Source of the DNA: a bacterium
GTDB lineage: Bacteria > UBA8248
DNA: 64,000 nucleotides
Reading direction: 5' to 3'
Assembly (NCBI GenBank): GCA_965200245.1
Contig: CBDATS010000008.1
Location: 192,001-256,000 of the forward strand
The stretch's first letter is position 1. Each line of letters opens with the position of its first letter. A model generated the notes under the pieces. The model was not told the DNA's origin, did no database searches, and saw nothing but the letters and a program-made list of their open reading frames with translations. Positions 1 to 9,172 of this stretch are shown one piece after another. Made by a program: the position numbers and the translations under genes.

Positions 1-335
1 GGAAAGTGTCATTTGAAAGGGAAATATTATACCATGTCATACGCACAGCCCGCCAGCGGGAAGAGGATAATCTGCTCAGCTGGAGACGGGAGAGCATCTT
101 GCCCGACCTTGGGGGATGGAGAGAGAAGCAGACGTTCATTCGCACGTGCTTGTTTCCAAGACAATAGGAAAACATCTGCAATACAACTCGGATACCAATT
201 TCAAAAGCATGTTCTGGTAACCCTTTTAGATGTTTCCAATTGCAATTGCAGAACGAGCTACGTGGAGAACGAGACCTAAATAAAATTCCCACAAATAGTG
301 AAATTCTACACTTACAGATGGAAGTTGCGACGCTT

Positions 336-355
336 CCCCCCCCCCCCCCCCCCCC
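336..355. repeat. poly-C homopolymer (20 nt)
   Basis: Run of 20 C upstream of the aminotransferase; it produces the spurious poly-Pro N-terminal extension of ORF 240..1658. Confidence 0.9.
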
Positions 356-482
356 TCACGCCCCTTTGCGGGTGTGGGAGCGTGTGGTAGTATCTCGCGG
401 TCGTATTTCGGAACGAGAGGCCGATTGCAAGGGCGGTGTTTCTCATTCATTCCAAAAGTCTGATTCGAGTGAGGGAATAGTC

Positions 483-1658
483 TTGTCTGAAGAGTTGAAT
501 CCGCATCTGCGTTTGTTGCTGGGACCGGGGCCGAGCCCGGTTCATCCGAGAATCCTGAAAGCAATGAGTACCCACGTGGTGGGGCATCTCGATCCCGATT
601 TTCTGTCCGTCATGGACGACTGCCAGTCGATGCTGCGTAATCTGTTCAACACCCAAAACCAGGTGACATTCCCCGTATCTGGTACGGGCAGTGCTGCGAT
701 GGAGGCATCGATCTGCAACGTTGTCGAGCCGGGGGATAAGGCCATCATCTGCGTGAACGGCGTGTTCGGCGGACGCATGAGCGACGTAGCTTCCCGCTAC
801 GGGGCAGAGGTTGTCACGGTAGAGGCCCCTTGGGGGCAGCCCGTCGACCCACAGGACGTAAAGGCTGCTCTCGACGCGAATCCCGACGCCGTGATGGTCG
901 GCATCGTCCACGCGGAAACCAGTACGGGCGTTTTGCAGCCTGTGGAGGAAATCGGTGCAATGTGCCGCGATCACGGTGCGCTCTTGCTGCTCGATTGCGT
1001 CACCTCCCTGGGTGGAGTGCCCGTGGAACTCGACAAATGGGGGGTGGAGGTCGCCTACAGCGGTACGCAGAAATGCCTCGCTTGCCCACCGGGCGTTGCG
1101 CCCATCACTTTCAGCGAGCGCGCGCTCGGCAAGGTACGCGAGCGAAAATCGAAAGTAACGAGTTGGTATTTCGACGTGAGCATGGTGGAGAAATACTGGG
1201 GCAACGAGCGAGTCTATCACCACACGGGCCCGATTTCCATGAACTACGCAATCAGAGAGGCGCTGCGGGTCATCTTCGAAGAAGGTCTGGAAGCGCGCTT
1301 TGCGAGGCACGCTTTGGCGAGCAAGGCGCTCCAGGCGGGTGTCGAAGCACTTGGGCTTTCCATGTTCGCCCAAGAGGGCGCGCGCACGCCCACGCTCAAC
1401 ACCGTCGCGCTCACGGACGGGATGGAAGATGCCGCCGTTAGGAAGAGACTGCTCAACGATTTCAACATCGAGATCGGTGGCGGCCTGGGTGCCGTGGCGG
1501 GCAAGATATGGCGTATCGGGATGATGGGCCACGGTGCCATCCAGGCGAACGTGGTCTACCTTCTCTCGGCGCTTGAGGTAATTTTCTCCAAATTGGGGTA
1601 TATTACAAAAGCTGGAGATGGTGTCGGGGCTGCATCGCAGGTTTACGCGGTTTCCTGA
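483..1658 (+). CDS. alanine-glyoxylate / serine-pyruvate aminotransferase (class V PLP enzyme)
   Basis: LLLGPGPS, SGTGSAAMEA, VHAETSTG and SGTQKCLACPPG (PLP lysine) motifs. Start moved to TTG 483 behind the GAGGGA RBS; ORF-track start 240 is in the same frame. Confidence 0.9.
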   Translation: MSEELNPHLRLLLGPGPSPVHPRILKAMSTHVVGHLDPDFLSVMDDCQSMLRNLFNTQNQVTFPVSGTGSAAMEASICNVVEPGDKAIICVNGVFGGRMSDVASRYGAEVVTVEAPWGQPVDPQDVKAALDANPDAVMVGIVHAETSTGVLQPVEEIGAMCRDHGALLLLDCVTSLGGVPVELDKWGVEVAYSGTQKCLACPPGVAPITFSERALGKVRERKSKVTSWYFDVSMVEKYWGNERVYHHTGPISMNYAIREALRVIFEEGLEARFARHALASKALQAGVEALGLSMFAQEGARTPTLNTVALTDGMEDAAVRKRLLNDFNIEIGGGLGAVAGKIWRIGMMGHGAIQANVVYLLSALEVIFSKLGYITKAGDGVGAASQVYAVS

Positions 1659-1682
1659 TCGTTCGCCATAGGAGTTTTCCCG

Positions 1683-1883
1683 ATGTTTCCGATGAACATG
1701 GGCATTCCCGAACTTTTGGTCATCCTCGCGATATGCGTGCTGGTCTTCGGCGCGAAGCGCCTGCCCGAGATCGGATCGGGCCTCGCTCGCGGCATCAAGA
1801 GCTTCAAGAAGGGGATGAGTGACGACCCGGAACTGCCCGACAAGAATGAAGCGTCCGCAACTGGAGAGGGTGAAAAGGGCTGA
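1683..1883 (+). CDS. tatA: twin-arginine translocase TatA/E subunit
   Basis: [38 protein letters not shown] is the classic TatA TM + FG hinge + amphipathic helix. Confidence 0.95.
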   Translation: MFPMNMGIPELLVILAICVLVFGAKRLPEIGSGLARGIKSFKKGMSDDPELPDKNEASATGEGEKG

Positions 1884-2090
1884 TAGGACCGCTTTCCCCT
1901 CGCGCGTGACTTTCGAGGCGTCCGTTCCTCACCGGCTGGATGTCTCCTCTGAAAAGAGGAGGCGGATTTGCGGGCCAATGAGACCGGGCAGTTGATGAGC
2001 TTGGCAAGGCCTCGCAGGATGCGGCGCGGATCTCCGCTTTCAACGAGTACGCCGGGTGATCCCTGCCGCGAGCGTCCGTCATTTCTTTTG

Positions 2091-2123
2091 ACCAGCCCTG
2101 CGGGCGCAGCGGTTGGTTTTTTT
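2091..2123 (+). terminator. intrinsic terminator-like hairpin
   Basis: ACCAGCC-CTGC / GCAG-C-GGTTGGT stem followed by a T run; ends 4 nt before the moeA ATG. Confidence 0.6.
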
Positions 2124-2127
2124 CATT

Positions 2128-3387
2128 ATGAAGTCGGAGAGTCCGGTGGAATTCTTCAAGGTCGTATCGCCAAGAGAAGCGAAAGAGGCGCTTCGGGGTT
2201 TTCGGGCGCTTGGAGCCGAGAGTGTCTCCTCTTTCAACGCAGTGGGGCGCATCTTGGCCCACGACGTCCACTCCCCCGTCGATCTGCCCGATTTTCCGCG
2301 CTCCACGATGGACGGCTACGCGGTGCGGGCGTCGGATTCCTTCGGGGCGAACGATGCCATTCCCGCCTACTTGGACCTGGTCGGACAGGTGCCGATGGGG
2401 ACAGCACCCGCCTTTTCGGTGGGCCGGGGTGAGGCGGCACGTATCCTGACGGGCGGCATGGTGCCGGAGGGTGCTGACGCCGTGGTGATGGAAGAGTTCA
2501 CTTCGGCCCCCGACGCGGAGACACTGGAGGTGCGGCGTCCCGTCGCCGTAGGAGAAAACGTCCTCTCGATAGGCGATGACCTCCATAAAGACGAATTGAT
2601 GCTGCGGGCGGGCTCGCGTCTCAGAAGTCAGGATGTGGGCGCGCTCGCGGGTGTTGGCGTCACGTCTGTCGAGGTTTATCGCCGCCCCCGGGTGGCGATA
2701 CTTCCCACGGGGGACGAACTCATCGACCCGCGCGATACGCCCCGCGCGGGTCAAGTACGCGACATCAATCGCTTCTCCCTGGCGGCGGGGGTCATTGAGG
2801 CGGGAGGCGAACCCGAGACCGAAGACATCCTCCCGGACGATCTCGGCGTCATCAAAGAGCGTCTGGATCGGGCCATGGGCCGATCGGATGTCGTGCTCAT
2901 CTCGGGTGGAAGTTCCATGGGTCTTCGCGACTACACGGTCGAAGCCATCGACTCGCTGGGTGAGCCGGGCGTCTTGGTGCACGGAATTTCCATCAAGCCC
3001 GGCAAGCCGACCATCATCGGGAGAATCGTTCAGGGAGGAGAGGATAAAGCCGTTATTGGCATTCCGGGGCATCCAGTCTCGGCCCTTATGATCTTTCACG
3101 CCTTCGTCCGGCCCGTCATCCGGCAGTTGAGCGGCGAGGTCGTTCGCGCGAATGCGGGAGAGGAAGGCCTAATGGCTACTCTTTCGAGGAACTTGGCCTC
3201 GGCACCCGGACGCGAGGATATGGTTCGCGTCGCACTCGAAAAGAGTGGGATCGGGCATGTTGCGCATCCGCTCATGGGTAATTCTGCAATGATATCGACC
3301 ATGACGAAGGCGGACGGCTATATCACGATTCCGCTTGCAGCCGAGGGGTTGCGCGAGGGTGTGCAAGTGCGTGTGCATCTCTACTGA
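2128..3387 (+). CDS. moeA: molybdopterin molybdotransferase MoeA
   Basis: PDFPRSTMDGYAV, ILTGGMVPEGADAVVMEE, TGDEL, SGGSSMG, IKPGKP and GIPGHPVS motifs. Confidence 0.95.
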   Translation: MKSESPVEFFKVVSPREAKEALRGFRALGAESVSSFNAVGRILAHDVHSPVDLPDFPRSTMDGYAVRASDSFGANDAIPAYLDLVGQVPMGTAPAFSVGRGEAARILTGGMVPEGADAVVMEEFTSAPDAETLEVRRPVAVGENVLSIGDDLHKDELMLRAGSRLRSQDVGALAGVGVTSVEVYRRPRVAILPTGDELIDPRDTPRAGQVRDINRFSLAAGVIEAGGEPETEDILPDDLGVIKERLDRAMGRSDVVLISGGSSMGLRDYTVEAIDSLGEPGVLVHGISIKPGKPTIIGRIVQGGEDKAVIGIPGHPVSALMIFHAFVRPVIRQLSGEVVRANAGEEGLMATLSRNLASAPGREDMVRVALEKSGIGHVAHPLMGNSAMISTMTKADGYITIPLAAEGLREGVQVRVHLY

Positions 3388-3460
3388 GTACGGATGCGCG
3401 TAGTAAGTTGTTTCTCATTGTTTCAGGCGCAAGCGAATGAACAATTTGCCACTGGCCTAG

Positions 3461-5398
3461 GGGGGCCGGAAAATCTATCTTGAAAACATACCTCGAGAAG
3501 AGGCACTCTCGCGTCTTCTCGAGAAAATAGGCGACTTCCGCCTGGAAGAGGAGGAAATCGCTACGCCGGAGGCTTTGGGACGCGTGACCTCCCGGGCGAC
3601 CTACGCGCAGATTTCGAGTCCGCATTTTCACGCCGCCGCCATGGACGGGTACGCCCTCGCCTCGTCGGAAACCTCGGGAATAACCCCCGTGAGCCCCAAG
3701 GATTTTCTGCTCGGAGAAGAGGCTTACCCGATCGACACGGGCGACCCGATGCCCGAAGGAACGAACTGTGTCGTCATGATCGAGCATGTCCACGAGGCGA
3801 CCCCCGGTGCCATACGTATGGAGATGGCGCTCTCCCCCTGGCAGAACGTGCGCGTGGCGGGAGAAGACGTCGTAGAAGGTCAACTCATCCTCACGGCGGG
3901 ACATACTTTAAGGCCCTACGATCTGGGCGGTCTTCTCGCAGCGGGCGTCACGCGGGTGTGGGTGCGGCAGCGACCGAGGGTCGCCATCATCCCCACCGGC
4001 GATGAACTAGTGATAGCGGGTACAGATCTCAAACCAGGCGATCTGGTGGAGTTCAACTCGTGTGTCCTGTCTGCTTTCATCGCCGAATGGGGTGGAGAGG
4101 CACTGCCGGGTACGATTCTGGAAGATAGGTTCGAGGCCATCGAGTCTGCGGTGCGAGACGCGCTCGAAAGTGCCGATATCGTTTTGGTGAACGCGGGCTC
4201 ATCCGCCGGGCGTGAAGATCACACCGCCGCCGTCGTGGAGAAGTTGGGTGAACTACTCGTGCACGGCGTTGCCATCTTCCCCGGCAAGCCCACAATCCTG
4301 GGCGTTTGCGAGTCTGGATCAGGGTTACGCAAGCCCGTGCTCGGAATTCCGGGCTATCCGGTCTCGGCGGTACTGGCGCTTCAGGAGTTCGTACGGCCAC
4401 TGATTGCGCGCATGTCGGGCACGGTTCCAGGAGAAGAAGAGCGCATCAAAGCCTTCATGGGCCGGAAGAGCGCCTCAAGACTGGGGATGGAGGAATTCCT
4501 GCGCGTGAAACTCGGCCAGGTCGGCGAGCGGATGGTCTGCCTGCCCGCCAAGCGCGGGGCCAGTGTCATCAGTTCGCTCGTGGAGGCGGACGGCGTGGTG
4601 CGCGTGCCCGCTCACTCGGAGGGAGTCGAAACGGGCGAGGAGGTGACGGTAGAACTCTTGAGGCCACTATCCGATATTCAGGGTAACCTGCTTATGGCTG
4701 GCAGCCACGACAACGCCCTCGACCTGCTGGCGGGTGAATTGAAGGTACGCCACCACGATGCGCGTCTTTCTACCTCGGCGGTGGGTTCACTGGCGGGCCT
4801 CATCTCCGTGCGCGACGGCGAGGCTCACATTGCGAGCAGCCATCTGCTCGATCCGCAGACGGGAGAATACAACTGGCACTACATCGAGCGATATCTCAAG
4901 GGCCGCGAAGTCGTGGTGGTGAATTTCGTGCAAAGGGAACAGGGTATCCTGACGCCCAAGGGCAATCCCAAGGGGGTTACGGGCATCTCGGACTTGAGCC
5001 GCAATGATATCCACATAGTGAACCGCCAGAGCGGAGCGGGCACGCGGGTGCTGCTCGATCACTTGATGGAACGTGAGGGTCTCTCGCCAGCAGATGTCCG
5101 GGGCTATGAGCGGGTGGAAACCACACATATGGCAGTGGCCATGGCGGTGGCGGCTGGACGAGCGGACGGTGGTCTGGGTATATTCGCCGCCGCCAGAATA
5201 CTGAATCTCGATTTCATCCCGCTGGAGCGAGAACGGTTCGATTTTATCGTCCCCGCAGAGTACTGGGTGACACCCGCCATACAAAAGGTTATGGACATTT
5301 TGAATGACCGGGCTTTCCGGGATGCCGTGGAGGAACTCGGCGGGTATAATACGGCGTTGACTGGCCAGGTAATGGCTCCACCCCAAAGAGAAGGCTAG
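3461..5398 (+). CDS. MoeA paralogue fused to C-terminal periplasmic-binding-protein (molybdate/tungstate-binding-like) domain; 5' start anomalous
   Basis: AAMDGYA, TGDPMP, TGDEL and PGKP MoeA motifs, then GSHD...GSLAGL...NRQSGAGTRVLLD...THMAVA PBP-domain motifs. The frame stays open upstream of the ORF-track start to 3461 (GGRKIYLENIPREEAL), bounded by in-frame TAG 3458-3460. Confidence 0.88.
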   Translation, partial: GGRKIYLENIPREEALSRLLEKIGDFRLEEEEIATPEALGRVTSRATYAQISSPHFHAAAMDGYALASSETSGITPVSPKDFLLGEEAYPIDTGDPMPEGTNCVVMIEHVHEATPGAIRMEMALSPWQNVRVAGEDVVEGQLILTAGHTLRPYDLGGLLAAGVTRVWVRQRPRVAIIPTGDELVIAGTDLKPGDLVEFNSCVLSAFIAEWGGEALPGTILEDRFEAIESAVRDALESADIVLVNAGSSAGREDHTAAVVEKLGELLVHGVAIFPGKPTILGVCESGSGLRKPVLGIPGYPVSAVLALQEFVRPLIARMSGTVPGEEERIKAFMGRKSASRLGMEEFLRVKLGQVGERMVCLPAKRGASVISSLVEADGVVRVPAHSEGVETGEEVTVELLRPLSDIQGNLLMAGSHDNALDLLAGELKVRHHDARLSTSAVGSLAGLISVRDGEAHIASSHLLDPQTGEYNWHYIERYLKGREVVVVNFVQREQGILTPKGNPKGVTGISDLSRNDIHIVNRQSGAGTRVLLDHLMEREGLSPADVRGYERVETTHMAVAMAVAAGRADGGLGIFAAARILNLDFIPLERERFDFIVPAEYWVTPAIQKVMDILNDRAFRDAVEELGGYNTALTGQVMAPPQREG

Positions 5399-5402
5399 AA
5401 CG

Positions 5403-6386
5403 ATGGCGTTATTTGATCGGTACGGGCGCGCGCATGATGATTTGAGGATATCTGTGACGGATCGGTGCAATTTCCGGTGCTTCTACTGCATGCCGGAAGA
5501 GGGTATGACGTGGCTGTCGCACGAGGAAATTCTCAACTATGAAGAGATTACCCGCGTGGTTCACATCACTACCGAACTGGGGTTCACGAGCTATCACCTC
5601 ACGGGTGGCGAGCCGCTCATCCGCAAGGACTTGCACCGCCTCGTCGAACAGATGGTGGCAGTGCAGCCCGGTATGGACCTTGCCCTGACGACGAACGGCG
5701 TTTTTCTTCCAAAGATGGCGAAGGATCTCTATGCGGCGGGATTGAGGCGTGTGAACATCAGCCTGGATTCGATGGACGCGGGTAAATTCCTGTTCATGAC
5801 GCGTCGCGATGTGTTCGGGCAGGTGATGGAGGGCATCAAGGCGGCCGCGGAAGTCGGGTTCTCGCCCATCAAGATCAACGCGGTAGCGATCAAGGGGCTG
5901 AGCGAAGAGGAATTACCGCGCTTCGCCAAATGGTCGCGCGAGACGGGCTACATCGTGCGCTTCATCGAATACATGCCGCTTGATGCGGACCAGACTTGGG
6001 CGCACGAGAAAGTCTTGACAGCGGAGGAGATACTGGAAGGTCTATCCGTTGAGGGAGAACTCGAACTCGTAAGCGGTCATCCCTCGGACCCTGCGGTACG
6101 CTACCGTTATAAGGACGGGAAGGGCGAGGTGGGCGTAATCGCCTCGGTCACGCGGCCGTTTTGTCAGGATTGCAACCGCATCCGTCTCACGGCAGACGGC
6201 ATGGTGCGAACATGCCTGTTCTCCACGGTTGAGCATGACATCAAGAGGTTGCTCAGAGGCGGTGTGTCGAACGATGAGATAAAGGCTTGGCTCGCCGAGG
6301 TGGTGCGCACGAAGACGCCGGGTCATCTCATAGGCCAGAAGGAGTTCGTCCAGCCCGAACGCACCATGAGTGCTATCGGCGGCTAG
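5403..6386 (+). CDS. moaA: GTP 3',8-cyclase MoaA (radical SAM)
   Basis: LRISVTDRCNFRCFYCMP, LTGGEP, C-terminal FCQDCNRIRLTADG..RTCLF and terminal MSAIGG. Confidence 0.97.
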   Translation: MALFDRYGRAHDDLRISVTDRCNFRCFYCMPEEGMTWLSHEEILNYEEITRVVHITTELGFTSYHLTGGEPLIRKDLHRLVEQMVAVQPGMDLALTTNGVFLPKMAKDLYAAGLRRVNISLDSMDAGKFLFMTRRDVFGQVMEGIKAAAEVGFSPIKINAVAIKGLSEEELPRFAKWSRETGYIVRFIEYMPLDADQTWAHEKVLTAEEILEGLSVEGELELVSGHPSDPAVRYRYKDGKGEVGVIASVTRPFCQDCNRIRLTADGMVRTCLFSTVEHDIKRLLRGGVSNDEIKAWLAEVVRTKTPGHLIGQKEFVQPERTMSAIGG

Positions 6387-6492
6387 ATTTCCCGTATCTA
6401 GGTTCGGAATCAACCACTCATGTGATGAAGCGGTGCCTGCTCGCGAACCGCTGTTTCCGGCGAAATAAATTCACAAAACTTCCTTATTTATT

Positions 6493-7450
6493 GGGAATTA
6501 CATACTTGAATCCGCAAGTCTGAATATCCTGATTTTGCGTTTTCCGGGTGTATCTTTTCAGGTCACAGGCGGAATTGCTGTCAGAACCGGTGCATGCGCC
6601 GCCTTCTTCCATTCAGCCGATACACCGGAACTGACAGTAATTCGAACGTGGGCACTTTCGTATATGATTTCCCTTGTTGATACCAACCGTGATCGTCAAG
6701 GGACGCAGCCGTGATACGGCCTGGTTTTACCTCACCCGGGAGGAATGATCTGCTGTCCGCCAGGCACACGACCGCTGGCTCGCGCCGGACAGTTTCGACG
6801 CCACGGGCCGCCAGAAATGCCCGCCAGGCACCCTCACCCGCGCGCTTTGGTGAAAAGGCCTGTTCCCTCCGGACGATCAGCTGTCGTTCGGGGAAGAAAA
6901 TCGTGACACCCCAATCTCCCTAATTATGAGCCATAATAGGGATTATCATACAATCCGCCTTGAACAGACGCTGTTCCGTGGTGAGCCGGGGCGAAGACGG
7001 AAGGACGAGATAGCAGTTCTCGGCGTCGTCCTCCATCACATGCAGGTTGAAAGTCTCCGGCACCGAGATTCCGAACTCCTCGGATACCACGGCCCTCGGC
7101 TCGGAGATCAGACGGGTACGGAACTCTTCACTGTCGCCTGCCTTCTCGATCAGGTGCTCGCGCATCTCGGAAATAGATTTCATTCCGGTCTCCTTATCCT
7201 GAAAAAATGAGTATGGTTTGGTACCCTGATACTTTCGTTTTTTTGCATCGTCATCATGAACAGGGTATGGGATGTTCCGATGGGAAAGCAGGAAATTTTT
7301 CGATGGTTTTCCCGTTTTTCTGTTGGGGAACAGGCTTTCTCCCGGAAGCCCGTCCGTATGCCCCCTGTTCTCCCGGGAAACCGGCGGCCGAAGGCTCCGT
7401 TTTTCCAAAATTCAGGGAGCCAGACTTGCGGATTCAAGTATGTAATTCCC
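6493..7450. mobile_element. non-autonomous cargo-carrying transposon (MITE/MIC-like), 958 bp
   Basis: Perfect 30-bp terminal inverted repeats GGGAATTACATACTTGAATCCGCAAGTCTG (6493-6522) and its reverse complement (7421-7450). Flanked by 8-bp direct repeat TATTTATT (6485-6492, 7451-7458). No transposase inside. Confidence 0.93.
6924..7183 (-). pseudogene. NHLP-leader (proteusin-type) RiPP precursor with frameshift just before the double-glycine site
   Basis: ATG 7183 with AAGGAG RBS; MKSISEMREHLIEKAGDSEEFRTRLISEPRAVVSEEFGISVPETFNLHVMEDDAENCYLVLPSSPRLTTEQ is a typical NHLP leader. The -1 frame from ~6971 reads ASVQGG-LYDNPYYGS-stop (TAA 6924-6926). Confidence 0.85.
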
Positions 7451-7652
7451 TATTTATTCCTGTCCTGAATTCTATGAACACCGCTTTTGCACATCGCATT
7501 TCGTGGTTTTCCCAAGTCGTTTTTATGGAACTTCCTTGTGTCTAGAAACTTGACATTCGTGACTTTGTGATAAGATCGTGGGCACCTCAGCGTAGGACAC
7601 ATCGGGCGAAATATTCGCTCTCGGTGTTCTCTTTCGGAGGAACGCAGGAGAA

Positions 7653-9155
7653 ATGAGCAGAAGAACAGCCGCAGCCCTCGGCCTTGTACTTCTTATGATT
7701 GCGGGCGAGACCGTCGTCGCAGAGGCGGGCCGCCCCAGAAGGGGGAGTAGAAACCGCATCGTATCGGTTCAGGTACAAAAAGTCGCCGTGGGCCGCCTGG
7801 GCAGACGGTTGGCGGCCACGGGAACACTCCTGGCCCAGAGTGAAGTCAAGCTCATGTCCCGCGCCGAAGGTCAGGCGCAGGAGATACTGGTGCGCGAAGG
7901 AGCGCGCGTCGCAAAGGGGCAAATCCTTGCGCGCATTGATTCTACCATCAAGCGAATCGATTTGAAGTTGGCCGAAAGCGAACTCGCCGCCGCGCGGGCG
8001 AACCTGGCGAAATTGAAATCCGGAAGCAGACCTGAAGAAATTGCAGCAGCCGAGGCTGCCGTGGCCCAGTCGGAAGCGACTCGCAAGCGCAGCGAGGCGG
8101 AAATCACCTCCACCCTCGCCAGGCAGGAGGAAGCGGAAGCCAACGCACGTTCTTTGGGTGCCCTGCACAAAACAGGTGTCATCAGCGCGCAGGAGTGGCG
8201 CAAGGTAACGACCGAGGCGAATCGCGCTCGTGCGGACGTGGCCGAGCGCAGGGCGCGCCTCGCCGAGGACGCCGCGCGGGTCCGCGCGGCGCAGGAGAAG
8301 CTCAAGCTCGTGAAAATCGGCGCGCGCGCAGAGGATCTGGCAATGGCGCGGGCGGAAGTGCGTAAGCGTCTCCAGCAGGTGAGCCGTCTCAAGGTGGAGG
8401 TGGAATATTTCACTGTCCGCTCACCGATTTCAGGCGTCGTTACCGAAAGGAGAATCGAGCCAGGCGACCTTGCGGTGAACAGGGTACATTTGTTCACCAT
8501 CTCCCAGACGGACACGCTTCGCGCCCGGGTGCGGGTGAGTGAGCTGGATCTGCCGCTCATCAGAAAAGGCCAAGGGGCGCGTGTCGAGCTCGACGCCTAC
8601 CGGGGCCGTCCGTTCTCGGGGAAGTTGACGCGAATTTTCCCTAGTGTGGACCCGAGTTCACGCCAGCTTATCGTAGAGGTGGACGTGAAAAATACGGATT
8701 TCTCCCTGAGGCCCGGTCTTCTCGCCCGGGTGAAGTTTGAACCCCTGTTAGGCAGGCGAGCGATCAACCTGCCGGTTCACGCTGTCCTCTGGGACGGGGA
8801 CTTGCGCACCAAGGCAGGCGCCGTCTTCGTCGTCCAAAGCCTCCGACGGGGAGCGGGAAGAGGCGGGCCCGGAGGACAAGGCGGCCCAAGCAGGAGAAAT
8901 GAGGCGCGTAGCGGCGGACAGAGAGGCTCCGATAGGGGGAGTGGAGCCCGCAGGGGAACGGCCGAGGCGAGCGGGCGCAGCGGGGCAGGAAGGCGCGGTC
9001 CGCGCTTCATGGCGGTACGCCGTGAGGTGCGTTTGGGTGAGATGATCGACGGCCGCATCGAGATTCTCGGTGGTCTTCGTGCAGACGAGCGGGTGGTCGT
9101 GAGCGCCATCAGCCAGCTAAGGGACGGGCGTCCCATTCGGATCGTCGGGCCCTAA
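7653..9155 (+). CDS. RND efflux periplasmic adaptor (membrane fusion protein)
   Basis: Lipoyl half-motifs (ILVREGARVAKGQILARID; VRSPISGVV), long coiled coil, LRPGLLARV; directly upstream of an RND permease. Confidence 0.9.
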   Translation: MSRRTAAALGLVLLMIAGETVVAEAGRPRRGSRNRIVSVQVQKVAVGRLGRRLAATGTLLAQSEVKLMSRAEGQAQEILVREGARVAKGQILARIDSTIKRIDLKLAESELAAARANLAKLKSGSRPEEIAAAEAAVAQSEATRKRSEAEITSTLARQEEAEANARSLGALHKTGVISAQEWRKVTTEANRARADVAERRARLAEDAARVRAAQEKLKLVKIGARAEDLAMARAEVRKRLQQVSRLKVEVEYFTVRSPISGVVTERRIEPGDLAVNRVHLFTISQTDTLRARVRVSELDLPLIRKGQGARVELDAYRGRPFSGKLTRIFPSVDPSSRQLIVEVDVKNTDFSLRPGLLARVKFEPLLGRRAINLPVHAVLWDGDLRTKAGAVFVVQSLRRGAGRGGPGGQGGPSRRNEARSGGQRGSDRGSGARRGTAEASGRSGAGRRGPRFMAVRREVRLGEMIDGRIEILGGLRADERVVVSAISQLRDGRPIRIVGP

Positions 9156-9172
9156 GAAAAATTGGTGACCTC

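Noticed and set aside
240-482. Poly-proline N-terminal extension of the aminotransferase
   Set aside because: Arises from the poly-C tract; homology and RBS begin at 483.
1890-2110. Moco riboswitch upstream of moeA
   Set aside because: Expected conserved elements were not recognisable by eye; kept only as a low-interest leader candidate.
447-3099. Long antisense ORFs (447..1532, 1804..3099 and similar throughout the window)
   Set aside because: Shadow frames of high-GC genes with clear motifs on the opposite strand.
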